DNA of 64,000 bases, from contig OZ024743.1 in NCBI GenBank assembly GCA_964016885.1, forward strand, positions 37,944,001 through 38,008,000, given 5' to 3'. This DNA comes from Eledone cirrhosa. Lineage: Eukaryota. Shown here in pieces: positions 28,999 to 42,448 of this stretch (the first letter of the stretch is position 1; every line of letters starts with the position of its first letter). The translations under genes were made by a program, and so were the position numbers. Under the pieces are notes generated by a model. That model made no database searches, was not told the origin of the DNA, and saw only the letters and a program-made list of their open reading frames with translations.

Positions 28999-29889
28999 CA
29001 CCCTCGTATCCGACGGCGTGTGCTTGCTACAGTTGATTCTATCAACAGAAAGGCGTCGGTCGGAGTGCTTGTGAAATTAACCTACAAGTTACTGAGTATT
29101 TCACTGACACGTGCACCCGAAATATTTTAAATTCTGTAATAGCCTACTTTTGAACGTATGCATGTGTTGAGATTAAATGGATTTGAAGATGTTTTCAGTC
29201 AATCAGATATATATTTCTCACTGTACCTCGGCTTTGTATACAAGTTCGCTGGACAGATTTTCTGTAGTCCAGTTGGCATCGTTTTGATCTCTTAAAGAAG
29301 TTTGTTGGGTGAACTGGAAATATATACGGTTTGATTGTTAGCCCCGGTGTTTGCATAGCTACGGCTTCCTGAATGTTTCCTGTAAACATACCGTGTTTCT
29401 TTAGAAATACGAATTTTTCCATACATGTCTGTATAAAACTCTGCATGAAGCTAAATCCTATTTCTATTCTATTATAAGTTGAGCCAAATTACGCAGCTTT
29501 ATAGGTAAATGAGATTGATCACTTCATTTACACAGACGGGAAAACTATATATCTGGACAGCTCTCAAGTCCAGCAGTTGCAGGTGTGGGAAGGACCTTCC
29601 TGATGAAGACAAGTCAAATCTGAAATGCATAGTCGGTTGTCTCTGTTGCTTCTACTGGACACCCCCACAGGGCGTTAGCCCCGGTGTTTGTATAGCTACG
29701 GCTTCCGAAATGTGTCCTGTAAACATAGCGTGTCTCTTTAGAAATGCAAAATTTGAATCATACACAAAACGCCAGCACCAACAGTTTTGCAAGAGATGTC
29801 AACATGAATGGATCTGTTATTTTTATCTAAAGACATTTTTTCCAATTCCATCCCGCCTGTCCCCTCAGTCTATTTCATTTCTCATTCTT

Positions 29890-29926
29890 TCTTCTGATGA
29901 AGGACTAGCGTCCGAAACATTATGAC
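29890..29926 (+). ncRNA. Hammerhead motif, family D, partly decayed
   Basis: ucuu CUGAUGA aGGAC uagc GUCC GAAAC AUU auga. Confidence 0.6.
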
Positions 29927-30008
29927 CCTCTTCCTGCTATATCAAGCGTTAACCTAATATATACCTTCCATATACAGTACCGATTGTGTTGTTATTTCTG
30001 TTTACCTG

Positions 30009-30046
<38 letters not shown>

Positions 30047-30997
30047 TTAATACATTAACAGAGAAAGCTATTAGCAATACTGCGACCAACTTCCATCTCA
30101 CTCAATAAACATTAGGAAATACCTACGTATATTCCAAATTATACGTTTGGGGTGCTAACTATATTGTATTATGTGGAAAGTCGGCTGTATTGTTTTATAT
30201 GAGACATAATTAAATAAATCTCACTTTCCATACGATCGTTTCGTTACAAGATTTCTACAAGGTGGAAGAAAAAAGTTCAAGTTATGTGGAAGCTTGCATA
30301 TGATCAACAGATTTACTTGTAAGTGGGCTCTTATAACTCTTCAGCGGAATGCCCAAGCAATATCAATATAAAAAACTACATCGATATTAATATTCAGCGA
30401 TATTCACCCTCAGTGCTAGAAGAACCGCTAAGTTTGAACGTCCAGCAGTCCTTCAAAAAAGAATTCTCACACTGTCCCCCAAATGGGAAGGGAAGGTTAT
30501 CGTAAAATATAAAATAATATACACGCAGGTCATTGAACCCTGTTAGGAACCCAAACCACGTGTTAAGAACTCAACTGGATAATAAAAAAATAAATATATG
30601 TACTTATTATTTAAGTATACATATAAATATTTTCTCGGGCAAAATAACAGACATGAGATACAGGAAGAATCAATCAATATTTCATATATATATAATAACA
30701 AAGAATCAGTATTGTATCACATACATATTTGATATATATTACATATGTTTCACTGTCGATCAGCTTGAGGAACGATGGATTAATGATTGATCCTGACTAT
30801 GGAATCAGAAGCTCCTCAGACATGTGTTAACATGTATATATATATATATATATATATTTAAAAGTTAAACAAAGTTCAATGAATACATCGAAGAATGAGG
30901 TTTACAATAGATTGGAAGCACTCAACAGTTTTGGCTTTCCAGAGTTATTAATATTAATTCAAAATATTAACAAAATAGATATTCTTGTGATCAAGTA

Positions 30998-31064
30998 TAT
31001 TTTATTATACATATTTCAGAGGTACTGAGTTAAGTTCAACAGTACGTCCTCATCAGATAAAATA
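30998..31064 (-). ncRNA. Type I hammerhead ribozyme at the end of an AT-rich pLTR relic (about 30860-31950)
   Basis: uauuuuau CUGAUGA ggac GUACUG...CAGUAC cucu GAAA uaugua UA auaaaaua; 8-bp stem I. Confidence 0.75.
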
Positions 31065-32470
31065 AGATGAATCATGACATACCTTGACACAGTAGATGGT
31101 TAAGATTCAGTCATGGTAGTGAGTAATATATGACAAAACTCAATATTTATACCTTAATATTGAGAACATGAGAAAAATATATAATTCATACAATAGAGAG
31201 GTTGCGTGTAATACAGCTTAAAATACATGGCATCAATATAAACTGTTAACAAATTTAAATTACTGATGAAAGAGGAACGAAAGGAAAGCATAGAGGAAGA
31301 AACAGCTGATGGGATAATATAGTTAGTAGGTGCCTCGAAAAACAAAAGAGAGATGATTAAAGAGAGACAAAGGGGAATAAGTTATGTTCGGGTTTATAGA
31401 CAATTATCCATATATACAATATATATCTAAACTTATTTGGTTGACCGTTGATATTCAAAATATTTAAATTAAGTTAGTTCAGAGTAATGAATAATATTTT
31501 AGGTTTTAAAAGTTAATATTATAGTATACTATCAAGTTTAATTTCTAAAATTCAAATTTTATTAAATCAAATTTAAAGGATTTACAAACACGAGAAAGAA
31601 AATATAATGTTTTTATAACCTCACGAAGGTAAACTTTACCAAAATTATTTATAATATTGACAATAGTTTATATAATATAATTAAAAAAATAATTAGAGTT
31701 ATAATTATTAAAGAATTTATGATTAACAATTTGAGTGCCTAAATGATCAACAGGCCTTATATTTAAACTTAAAGAAGTCTGAATTTTAAATTACATATAT
31801 CTGTTAATCAAAACATAGACAAGGATTATATTTCTAAAGACGTCAGGTGATACCTTATTTATTTATTTTTAATTTAAAAAATTTTTTTTTTTTTAATTTA
31901 TAATAAATTGGAGTGAAAGCAAGTGGTGCGTGTATTTCTTATTGGCAACAATATATATATATATGTTAACATGTATATATAAAATATATATATGCATATA
32001 TATATATATGTATATATATATATACATATATATATATCCAACTCTCTAGGTTTAGCATACTTAATTATAGCAATAATAGACCACTTATCCAGAGAAAAAA
32101 GTATTGGTATGCTTTGATGAGATATTCATATCTTCAATATGTTGAGTTCTAATGGCGCCTTACCTTAATGGGCTAGCATATTAATGAATACACACACACA
32201 CTCACACACACACACATACACACACACACAGCACACACACACACACACACACATACACACACACGCATACATATATATATACGTATAATATGGAAAACGA
32301 AGAATCAGTGATGCATCGAAACAATTTATTAACGTATTACAATTAATTGTCATACGTTAATAAATTGTGTTTCGATATTATATACATATTTTATACTCTG
32401 CTCCGAAGGAGCATAGAGTGCTCAACCGGCATACCGGCAACGGAAGCATCCAAGCAACCTTACCACAAAT

Positions 32471-32556
<86 letters not shown>

Positions 32557-32602
32557 CGTAAAATAAGAAAATTATAAAATTAACTTACTTACTAAAATTT
32601 CA

Positions 32603-32682
32603 CTCCCAACTAATTAGTTTCTGAAATGGAATAAATATCCTTTCCGAAGAAAATATAAAGAAGCATTTCGTCGTCAGGGAAG
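32603..32682 (-). ncRNA. Type I hammerhead ribozyme with extended stem II capped by a cUUCGg loop
   Basis: cuucc CUGACGA c GAAAUG...CAUUUC a GAAAC UAAUUA GUU gggag. Confidence 0.8.
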
Positions 32683-33267
32683 ACTATTCTCAACTAAGTA
32701 TCCAGGCAAAGCGAGGACTCTGGAAACTTATACAAAAATAATTCAGTGGATAGAAAATAGCAAAGCGTGGACTAAATTCCTAGCCATTGAGAAAATCACT
32801 GCCTCTGCGTCGGTGGCAAATTCAAAAAGAATCAATCACGTGACATCGAGGTCAATCAGTGGAAAGGGGTTTGTTAATAAGACAGCGGCCTGCCTGCTAC
32901 CATAGCAGCAGTCTTGGCCAATATTGTTCGACAAATAATTTGGAGATAATTATAAAGAATTATATATTTATATATATATTCATAAGCATACATCTCTCTA
33001 TTTATATATCTATCTATTTCTATATATATTAATCTAGCTGTCGTCTGTTCTACAGTGTGGATGTAATTCACTTCGCGCAGAAGTTTTGTTCAAATTTATT
33101 GCGGAAATTTTGTGAGTTCAAATTTAACTTTGATACAATTGTGTAGCTTGACCCCCCCCCCCGTCTGAACTGTCAGGCGGTGGGTCAGCTCATCTTTACA
33201 CCTCCTAGAGGTGAAAAACCTGTTTTAAAAAATTTTGTGGCAAAAAAATTTCAATCGTCTAACAGAA

Positions 33268-35167
33268 ATGTTAAACGCAGCGAACGAAAATAGTGGTGGG
33301 GGGACAGCGGTAAGAGTTGTAAGCTCGCACGCTTTAGTCCCCCGTTCCTTCCCAACTAACGTCATAGAGAAGGAAGTAAAAATTAAAATAAAAACAGACG
33401 AATCTGCGGAGAAAAAAAATGACGAAAACACAAATCTGGACATGGATTCCAACAACGAAAAAAAAAAATTTGAAAAATTGCATGACAATACTAATAACAC
33501 AAACAAAGACACAACAAACACAAAAATAACATTTGAAAATAACACCATAACAGAAAGCAAAGCAGACGACAAGATTTCATTTGCACAGAAAACAAAGAAA
33601 TCTTTGACTTATATACCGGAAAATATTTCAAATGTGGCACGACGAATCACAGACGCCAAACAATACATAAGTGAAGGAGAGAATGGTATTTTATCGGTAA
33701 AAAAGGCTTCAAGAATTCACCAAAGACATTGAAAGCCGAACGGTCAATTTTCGGACCATCAACAACAGTACAAAAAAACCTGAACAGCCTTCTCAAGCAG
33801 ATATCAAAACAGTACTCACAGAAGTACTTAATGAAACCACTTTCATAAGAAAAGACAGACTGTATGGAAGCCTAGCAATTATCATGAAGAACGAATCGGC
33901 GGCAAAAAAATGTGCTTTGTCACCGATTCGTTCGAAAAATTTTACCTTTTATCCATCTTATATGGGTAAAAGAACTCAACGCATATGGCTGGATGCAATG
34001 ATTCCAGATGTGGACTACTGCTGGCTCATAGCTGGCTTCATCGATCCAGTGAATGACAATGTGATTTCCATTGGGAAAACCACAAGCAATGCGTTCAGTG
34101 AAACAGGTATAGAGCTGGTAGTGCAAATGAAGCCTGAACACATCGCCCAAATACCCGACAGAATCCTATTAGAGGACCACGGGTATATAAACATTAGCGT
34201 GGAGGGGAGAAGGCCGTCCTGCCATACCTGTGCAGGCAGAGGGCACCTGAAGGCCGCTTGTCCCGAACTCAACAAAAAGAAAACCCTGCTACCAACACCA
34301 GCTCCACCACCTCCACCACAACAGATAAACAAACAACAAAACTCAGTCCCACCCAACCCGTCCCTCAGTAAAACTACACCACCACCACAACACAAACAGT
34401 CACAACACATTACCCCAAAACAAAATACAGGCCCACCCAACCCCTCACTCAATAAAACAACACAACCACCGCAGACACAACACACAACACAGTCTAACAT
34501 AGTGACATCCATCTCCCCCACAAAGAAAACCAACACGGAAACATTACCAGCAAACATACCTCTTCCCTCCAACACTGAAGATAACCCAACGAATTCGGAG
34601 GAAGAAACGGAGTCCTTCAGACAGATTAAAAGGAAAAAAAGAAAACATGTGCAAAACACACAAGGCCAAACAACCCCCACCCAAATCTCAACACAATCCA
34701 ACAAAACAGAAAACACCCCTCCAGCAACAAACAAAACCAAACCTGCCCCTCCCCTCTTCGAAACACTCACACCATCCGAAAAAAAGACATTACACTATAC
34801 TTACATCAACAGAAACAATAATAAATAAAATGAACTCATATACAATAATCCTTCGGTACAAACGGAAGGTGTAAACTTTGTTTCTTCAGAAAACTACCCA
34901 CATTTAAAATTAATAAAGATCCCAATGAACCTCTACCAAAAACTAAAAAAGGATTTTAAGGAGGACGTAGGACCACCCTCTGGCAAACCCATAAACCGCG
35001 TCCTACTAAAAAGCTTTCCCCCTCCCCTTCCCCTCCCCAACACAACTCCAAACATCCCAACCCCACCACACACTGACGACCCCACACCACCACAAGACAC
35101 CCCTTCACCCAACACCCCCGACCCCATGGAAGTCGTGCAACCCGAACCCCGGGAAGCGGAAAGGTAG
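33268..35167 (+). CDS. LINE ORF1 (gag-like, CCHC knuckle), broken by frameshifts
   Basis: CHTCAGRGHLKAAC knuckle; Pro/Thr-rich C-terminus; pieces 33235-33732, 33884-34828, 34925-35167. Confidence 0.8.
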
Positions 35168-35200
35168 GTCTCTACACTCTCCTTTGGCTCCGCCGCCCAC

Positions 35201-38200
35201 ATGGATGTGTTAAGAGTAGGATGTTTGAATGCACGTGGCCTGGGCTCAACTTGGAAGCAAGCAAAGCTTCTAAATGACCTCAGGTCATGTAGTATAAATG
35301 TAATGGTTATCTGTGAGACTCGAATCAGCGTCGTGCGGCAGCTGGCCCCCACCTTCGATGACTTTGAGGTGCATGCATCTCTCTGTCAACCTGGAGGTGG
35401 GGGTGGGGTTGTCGTACTGCTGCAAAAATACCTGGGTCTTGCGGTACAGGTTGTGCACTCGGACCCGGAGGGTCGTTTGTTTGTGCTAGACGTTGGCAGT
35501 AGTGAAAGTGCGGCCTTGAGACTGGTCGTCGTCTACTCCCCTTTCGGAGCTGAACGGCCCGACTTCTTCCAGCGTTTGGAGACTTTTCTGGGAACGTCGC
35601 GTTCCCTGCTTCTAGCGGGGGATTGGAATGACATCCTAGATGCACGTTGGGACTATGCAGGAGCATGTCCTAATAGAGGGGGGTGTAACATCCTCAAGGG
35701 GTTACTCGACCGTTTTAACTTGGTCGATAGATATCGACTAGATTTTCCAACTGTGCCTACCTGGACTTGGCGAAACCAGAGTGGTCAATCTAGATCTTAC
35801 TTAGATAGATTCTTAGTTAGAAGTAAGGGTAGGGACATATTAAGCTGTCCAGAAATTCGCACGGTTGGCTACACGGATCACAAATTAGTGACCTGCGTAG
35901 TCAATCTCGAGAAAACACATAAACAGGGTCCCGGTTACTGGAAACTTAATTTGTCTTTACCGGCAAAAGAGACTTACAGAAACCGGATTAGCAGATTAGT
36001 TAAGGAGAGGTTGACGGGTGAATTCGTCAACAACCGATGGTGGGCATCTCTCAAAAGAGAGATTAGAACAGAATCAATAAGTTATAGCAAGATGTTAGCT
36101 GCCGATAGGAATAGAAACGAGAAAGAATTAACAGGTAAATTAGAAGAGGCAATCAAGAGCGAAGATGTGGCCAGAGTGCTGGCATCGAGGACGGCCTTGA
36201 AACCAGTTTTTCGATGCAAAGCACGAAGGCTGCGTCATTCGAAGTAAAATACGTGCTCTAGGTAATGAGGGGGCCAAAGCCGTTGGCTGGGCCCGCGTGA
36301 CAGAAGCTAAGAGTGGAAATCGATCCACCATCCGGTCGTTGCAAGACGAAGATGGACGGGTGATCCGGGAGACTAAGCAGATGTGCGAGGCCTTTCAAAG
36401 GCACTTTGCCCGATTGTTCGGGGGAGGCGAGGGTCCGGGCGGGGGCGTGGATTTCGGTCCATACCTCGACGGCCTGCCGCGTCTCTCGAGCGAAGAGGCA
36501 GAGTCCTGCGAGGGACCAATCTCGGCTGATGAGATCGGAGATGCGCTGAGCCAATGCAGCAGACGCAAATCTCCAGGTCTCGATGGTATACCTTACGAAC
36601 TTTATTTAGAAATGCCGGTCTTCTTCTCCGAACTCCTCGAAGCGGTCTACTGCAATTGGCAGCAGAACGGGAGAATTCCTTGTTCTGTAGCCAAGGGCGT
36701 AGTCACGCTGGTGAGGAAGGACGAGAACAAGGGAGATAGTATAAATAATTTTCGGCCCATAACCCTGCTAAACACAGAGTTAAAGATTTTGGCCAAGGTG
36801 TTAGCAAAGAGGTTGGCGCTTGTCGTGGGTGGCCTGGTGGGAGATGCGCAGACATGTGCTATCCCATCCAGGTCCATTCACGATAACCTCCACCTCATGC
36901 GATACATCATAGAGAGGGTTGGCAATAAACCTGGCTTCGGTGGGGCCCTGATCAACTTGGATCAGTCTAAGGCCTTCGATAGGGTCGACCATGGTTACAT
37001 GGATGCGGTGCTAGCGGCGGCTGGGTTCGGTCCTGTTTTCAGAGGCTGGATCACTGCCTTACATAGCAACCACATCTGTTCTAGGATCAAGGTGAACGGC
37101 TACCTTTCGAAGCCGTTCGAAATCACACGATCCATTCGACAGGGGTGCCCTCTCTCCTCCCTTCTCTACGTATTGACTCTCGAGCCTTTACTGAGGAAGT
37201 TGGAGTTGTTGCAGGGTATCCCCCTGGAACCAGGATTGAGCAAAGCGGTGTCGGCCTACGCCGATGACGTAACAGTAATGGTATCGACCGACTCGGAGAT
37301 CGAGGCGATCGGTACCTTACTGGAGGAGTACGAAAGGTTGTCAGGAGCGAAACTGAACCGGGAAAAATCTATCGGGCTGCAACTCGGAACGTGGAGAGGC
37401 AGACCGATGCCTCCTGACGGTGTCGTAGGACACTGGACGGAGGGCCTGGTAAAGTTGCTTGGGGTCTGGTTTGGACCGGATCTCCAGGTGGAAAAGAACT
37501 GGAACGAGGTTACGAACAAGGTGTTTGCACTAACCCAGAAATGGGCCAAGTGTAAGCTGTCCCTAAAAGGCCGGGCGGAGGTGGCGAACATTTACATAAC
37601 GTCCGTCACTTACTACCGCCTGACTGTCGTGCCTTGCCCTAAGGAAACACTCACCACCATGGAACGCATTCTCTTCCAATTTCTTTGGAAGAAGCGCCCT
37701 CCTATGGTGAGAAGATCCATCTGCTGCCAACAACCTTCGAAAGGAGGGCTGGGGATGCCGTGGTTGATGATGCGTAGGCACGCATTAAGGCTACGGCACC
37801 TACAGGTATTCCTCACTGGTCAACCGGTGTGGACTCCGTTCGTGAAACGAGCCTTTCCGAGACTCGTCTCGCTCACCGAGCTACAGTCCTGGGTCAAGCA
37901 AAGATCTGGAAAACTGGGAGACTGGCACACTGAGTGTGCTCAGGTGCTCAGGGCTCTCTGGCAAGCGGGCCAGGCCATCGGTGGAGAATCCACCTCATCA
38001 TTCTATAGAGGGCTGGTGGCTAGCAGGGGCGATGACACCCTTGGAGAGTCGCTGGACATGGAAGAGGACGAACTGGCCAGCCTGTTCTGTAGGACTTTCG
38101 GCCCAGGACCAATGGACAACTTCCAGAAGTCACTGGCCTGGCAGTGCTACCGGGGGGCTCTACCCGTTCGAGAGAGGCTCTACAGACACGGGCGCCCGGG

Positions 38201-38639
38201 AAGGGATCCCTCAAAAAAGATTTGCCCTAGATGCGTGCGTCACGAAGAAACCGTTGCGCACGCATTGGTGCAATGTCCGGGCGTGGCTGATCTGTGGGGC
38301 TACGCCGAACGACTGCTGTCGCGGGTGGCGCCGATTAAATTGACCGCCGAGTCCGTGATGACAATCAAACCGCCTCCCCTCTTCACAAAGGACGCAAAGG
38401 CGGTTTTTCTGTGCGTAATAGCCATGTTGAAAGAGGTTGTTTGGTGGACACGATTGAAAGGTCTGAGGTCAGGCAACTTCCTCTCTGCCCATAGTCTGGT
38501 CTACTTCTTCCGATATCACTTCGGAAGAAGGATAAGAATGGAGAGAGAGGTGCTTGGCCACAGGCAGTTTTATGAAAGGTGGGTGATAGTGGCGAGAATG
38601 GCTCGTGTAAGTGGGCCTTCTCTGTATACCATCCTGTAG
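35201..38639 (+). CDS. LINE ORF2: APE endonuclease, RT and C-terminal Cys/His motif; one frameshift near 36200
   Basis: LNARGL, ETR, LAGDWN, SYLDRF, TDHK, GYWKLN; KSPGLDG, FRPITLLN, DQSKAFDRVDH, RQGCPLS, YADD; CPRC..ETVAHALVQC. Confidence 0.93.
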
Positions 38640-39173
38640 GTAAAGAAGTAAAGGAGAGGGGAACACCTTCTCCATGTGCTCCCCGGGCAAAGGATTGCAC
38701 ACTTTTTCGGGTGTGTGTGCAACCCCCATCACGTCCCGTCCCTTTTGAGGTTATTTTCGATTATTTTCATGTTACACCCTTTTTACTCGATTATATGTAA
38801 ACTCCCCCTTTGTATTTGTCCCTTCTTTTTATGCCTTTATGGTAAATAAAGAAATATATCTATTTCTATATATATTTTCAGGAAACGTGGAAAATTTCAA
38901 AAGCATAAAATAGCAGTAACTATACTCGATTGCTATAAATAGTAGCTTGGAAAATCGGGAAAATATCACATTAATCGGGAAAAGTGGCCAGCAACGGCTA
39001 CAAAATTTATCTCTCAACTTTCGCCTCATTACTCTGTAACATTGAACTAAATGACCTCTGATAACATTCAATGGAAATTAAAGATGAATGGAAGCATTAT
39101 TTGTAACGACATTTGTAAGCAAACCGTCATAGAATCCAATGATTGTGACGAAGAAAGAAGACGTTAAAGCAGA

Positions 39174-39192
39174 TGATAATGATGATGACGTC

Positions 39193-39245
<53 letters not shown>

Positions 39246-39277
39246 CGATGACGATGATGATGGTGATGATGATGATG
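39174..39277. repeat. (GAT)n microsatellite
   Basis: Direct read. Confidence 0.97.
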
Positions 39278-39919
39278 TTATTGCGTACATATGCTGTCTT
39301 ATGTGTGAAACCTACATCTAAATCCCAATTATAAAAGGTACTGCCTTATAAAATAAATATTTAGAGTATGATAGGCTGGATATCTTACTGCATAAGAAAT
39401 ATACAGATGCATCATACATCTTACAAATCACTATAGACCGTAACGTATTCTAATAGCTTATTTAGGAGGTAATTGCTTAATCAATTAGTTAAATGTAACA
39501 TTTTTCAATTGCTTTTAATATCAGAACACATTTTACAAATTGACACAGTAGCTTTAACATGGCATTGTATATTGCTTGTATAGAATGAGTTTAGTTTTCT
39601 CTAGAATTTAGCATTATTTTGCTTTTATTATTTTTCGCTGTATATTATTTCCTCTGGCTGCTCTTTATGTGCATAAACAAAGGTTTTGTTTTTATGCCTA
39701 TGGAATATCAAACGTAGTAGAAAAGTTTCATTCATATGTATATATATATGTGCGTGTATAAATATATATATATATATATATATGTGCGTGTGCGTATGTG
39801 TATGTGTGTGCGTGCGTGTGTCTTTGTGTTTGTGTGTATATATATATATATATATGTATACATATGTATGAATACACATTCACAGACAAATATATATATA
39901 TACATATATATGCAAATAT

Positions 39920-39961
<42 letters not shown>

Positions 39962-41573
39962 TGTCAAAATATTTATTTATATATATCGTAAAAACAACAA
40001 AAGCTATTATTGCTTGCATTTAAGTAGTTATATTTCTTGTGATGTAACATTTATTTGGGGAGTTTATTCGTTCATAGCAGCATATTTTTCATTATATTAT
40101 TTTCAACGTGTATCGGTTGAAATTTCATATCTTTCTGGTACATCTTATGTGATACGGCATTGAAATAATCTGAAATATGCAGAAGTCGAATGTAAGACTA
40201 ATGTTATTCAATTACTTGTTTCTTACTCTTTATTGTGTGGAGTATAAGTGTCATCACATATATTTTACGTCTTTAAAGAAAAATTAGACACGTTTATTTT
40301 TCCCAGCGTGTAAAATTTGAAATTTTGTATCATTTGTACAAGTACATATGCCTCTTCAAAATTTGTGAATTAGCTCCAAGGTGGAAACAATAGTTGTCAC
40401 GAATTGGTTCTTTGGAGCTTAAATACACATTATGAACAGCGTTAATAAATTTATGACAGTGTATCTCTGATGAAACAACAGGTGAAATGTGTATGATTAA
40501 TTCATGAGGGCAACATTAATCTTTACATTCAACTTATTATATTTGTCATTTCCCCACAGAATATAGATAGTTGTTTGACAAAGTGTCATATATTAAAAGG
40601 AGCATACAACTTTAGGAAAATAGCGGTAAATATTTTTTTATTACGTAGAATAATATAAAGACTGATACGTGGACAGATATGAGACCATCGTTGAATATAA
40701 ACCTATTAAAAACAGTGACGTATTTGCCTCGATATTGTTTAGTAATGATGCCGATATATACTAAATGGTAAATAAACACTTCTAGATCAACAGGAATATT
40801 TAGAATTTTCCAGCTGTCCTGTGGAAAGAAATACATACTATGAATGTATTCAATCCATTGAAGAATTAAGCAGAGGGAGAGGCAAAACGAAAATTGTTCG
40901 CTGTTGTAGTTTAATTGTATGAAATCGAAACCTAAGATTATAAGTTTCGTTGATGTTCGGTCTTGTCAGTCGCGGATGATCTGGTCAAAATAACAACAAC
41001 TTCACCATCACATATTAACTAGAAGACATTATCATGTGGATCAAACTAAACATTTTTCCAACCGTAAGATATCATATTTGCAACCAAATATGCAACTGGT
41101 ACGTGAGAGCTAAACATTAACTATGCTGATGTTATTTATCTTCAAATATGAAGATGATGCTTGTGAGTTCATACGAGTTTAATAATTGACAAAACTTAAT
41201 TTGAATTATTTGATTAATCGAAAATATACGTATTAAAAGTACGAGGATTTATTCAATCATAGGCAAGATATATGATAAGTATATGAGAGTTTAGAATTTG
41301 GGAGAATTAATTCACAGCATCCTATATTTGCAGGGAAGAAGTATAATAGTATAAATAGATCATGAACTATAACTGGTATTTATACAATTACTAGATGAGT
41401 GGCCAGATATGTCTTCTCTTGTACGGTAACAGATAAGGAATTTTCCTGTTCTTCACATCTGGGGCTGATATTTGCTTTGCATTCATCGGAACTTTCATTC
41501 CCTTCTTTATATAGCCAAACAATAACGCACTTCTGTTGACATAAATCTTCGTCGTCTTCAAGCACTAATAATG

Positions 41574-41642
<69 letters not shown>
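41574..41642. repeat. (TAC)n microsatellite
   Basis: Direct read. Confidence 0.97.
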
Positions 41643-42008
41643 CATTAAATCACACACGCATGATTAGGCCTTATCCAGACGACCCCAACTACCGGGCAAC
41701 TACATCCACCTATATTCCACGGTACTCAGTTGTATATTTAAAAAAAAAGGTTTCACCTAGGATTTGAGACCTGCAACTTTTGGTTTGCCTACACATTACT
41801 TGCAAGGGAGTTTATTAATATGTTCAAAATTTCATACATCTAACAAGTAGGTTTCGGGGTCCAGTTATGGCGATTACTGCGTAGTCGAGAAGACCTCATC
41901 AGGCGCCAGCACAGAATTACGTAATTACGTAATTTTATCATGGCTACAGATAAGAGGCCAGTATTGAAATGATTCTTCCAATATAGGTCCCGCATACATT
42001 CAAATACG

Positions 42009-42070
<62 letters not shown>

Positions 42071-42275
42071 CACACGCACAAACACAGACACACAGACACA
42101 CACACACACACACACACATACACACACGCGCACGTATATATATATATATATATATATATTAATAAGAGGAATTCCAACTTTGTCTGATTTACTCGTTTTA
42201 TTTACAATCCTTTAAAACTTATAATGGTATTATAATGAAATAGTATGGTAGAATATTAAATTCTAAATGTTAATT

Positions 42276-42313
42276 GAACAAGTACTTTCATGCTTTCGCA
42301 ATCTTCAGGTTCA
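42276..42313 (-). ncRNA. Minimal hammerhead ribozyme
   Basis: ugaac CUGAAGA u UGC gaaa GCA u GAAA GUAC UU guuca. Confidence 0.82.
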
Positions 42314-42364
42314 TAATATGTGGTGACAGTCAAGTTTGCAATTTTCAACTGTCACCACACATTA

Positions 42365-42403
42365 TGAACCTGAAGATTGCGAAAGCATGAAAGTACTTGT
42401 TCA
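42365..42403 (+). ncRNA. Minimal hammerhead ribozyme (mirror copy)
   Basis: tgaac ctgaaga ttgcgaaagcat gaaa gtac tt gttca. Confidence 0.82.
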
Positions 42404-42448
42404 ATTAACACTTAGAATTTAATATTCTACCATACTATTTCATTATAA

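Larger units (their letters stand above)
33031..38856 (+). mobile_element. Full-length L1/Tx1-clade LINE with 20-bp TSD
   Basis: TSD tatctatttctatatatatt at 33011-33030 and 38857-38876; ORF1 and ORF2; aataaa at the 3' end. Confidence 0.93.

Noticed and set aside
40460-40500. ctgatgaaacaacaggtgaaa
   Set aside because: Stems of 2 bp or less; consistent with chance
41841-41905. Minus-strand CUGAUGA GGUC...GACC..GAAAC
   Set aside because: No convincing stem I; at best a decayed HHR
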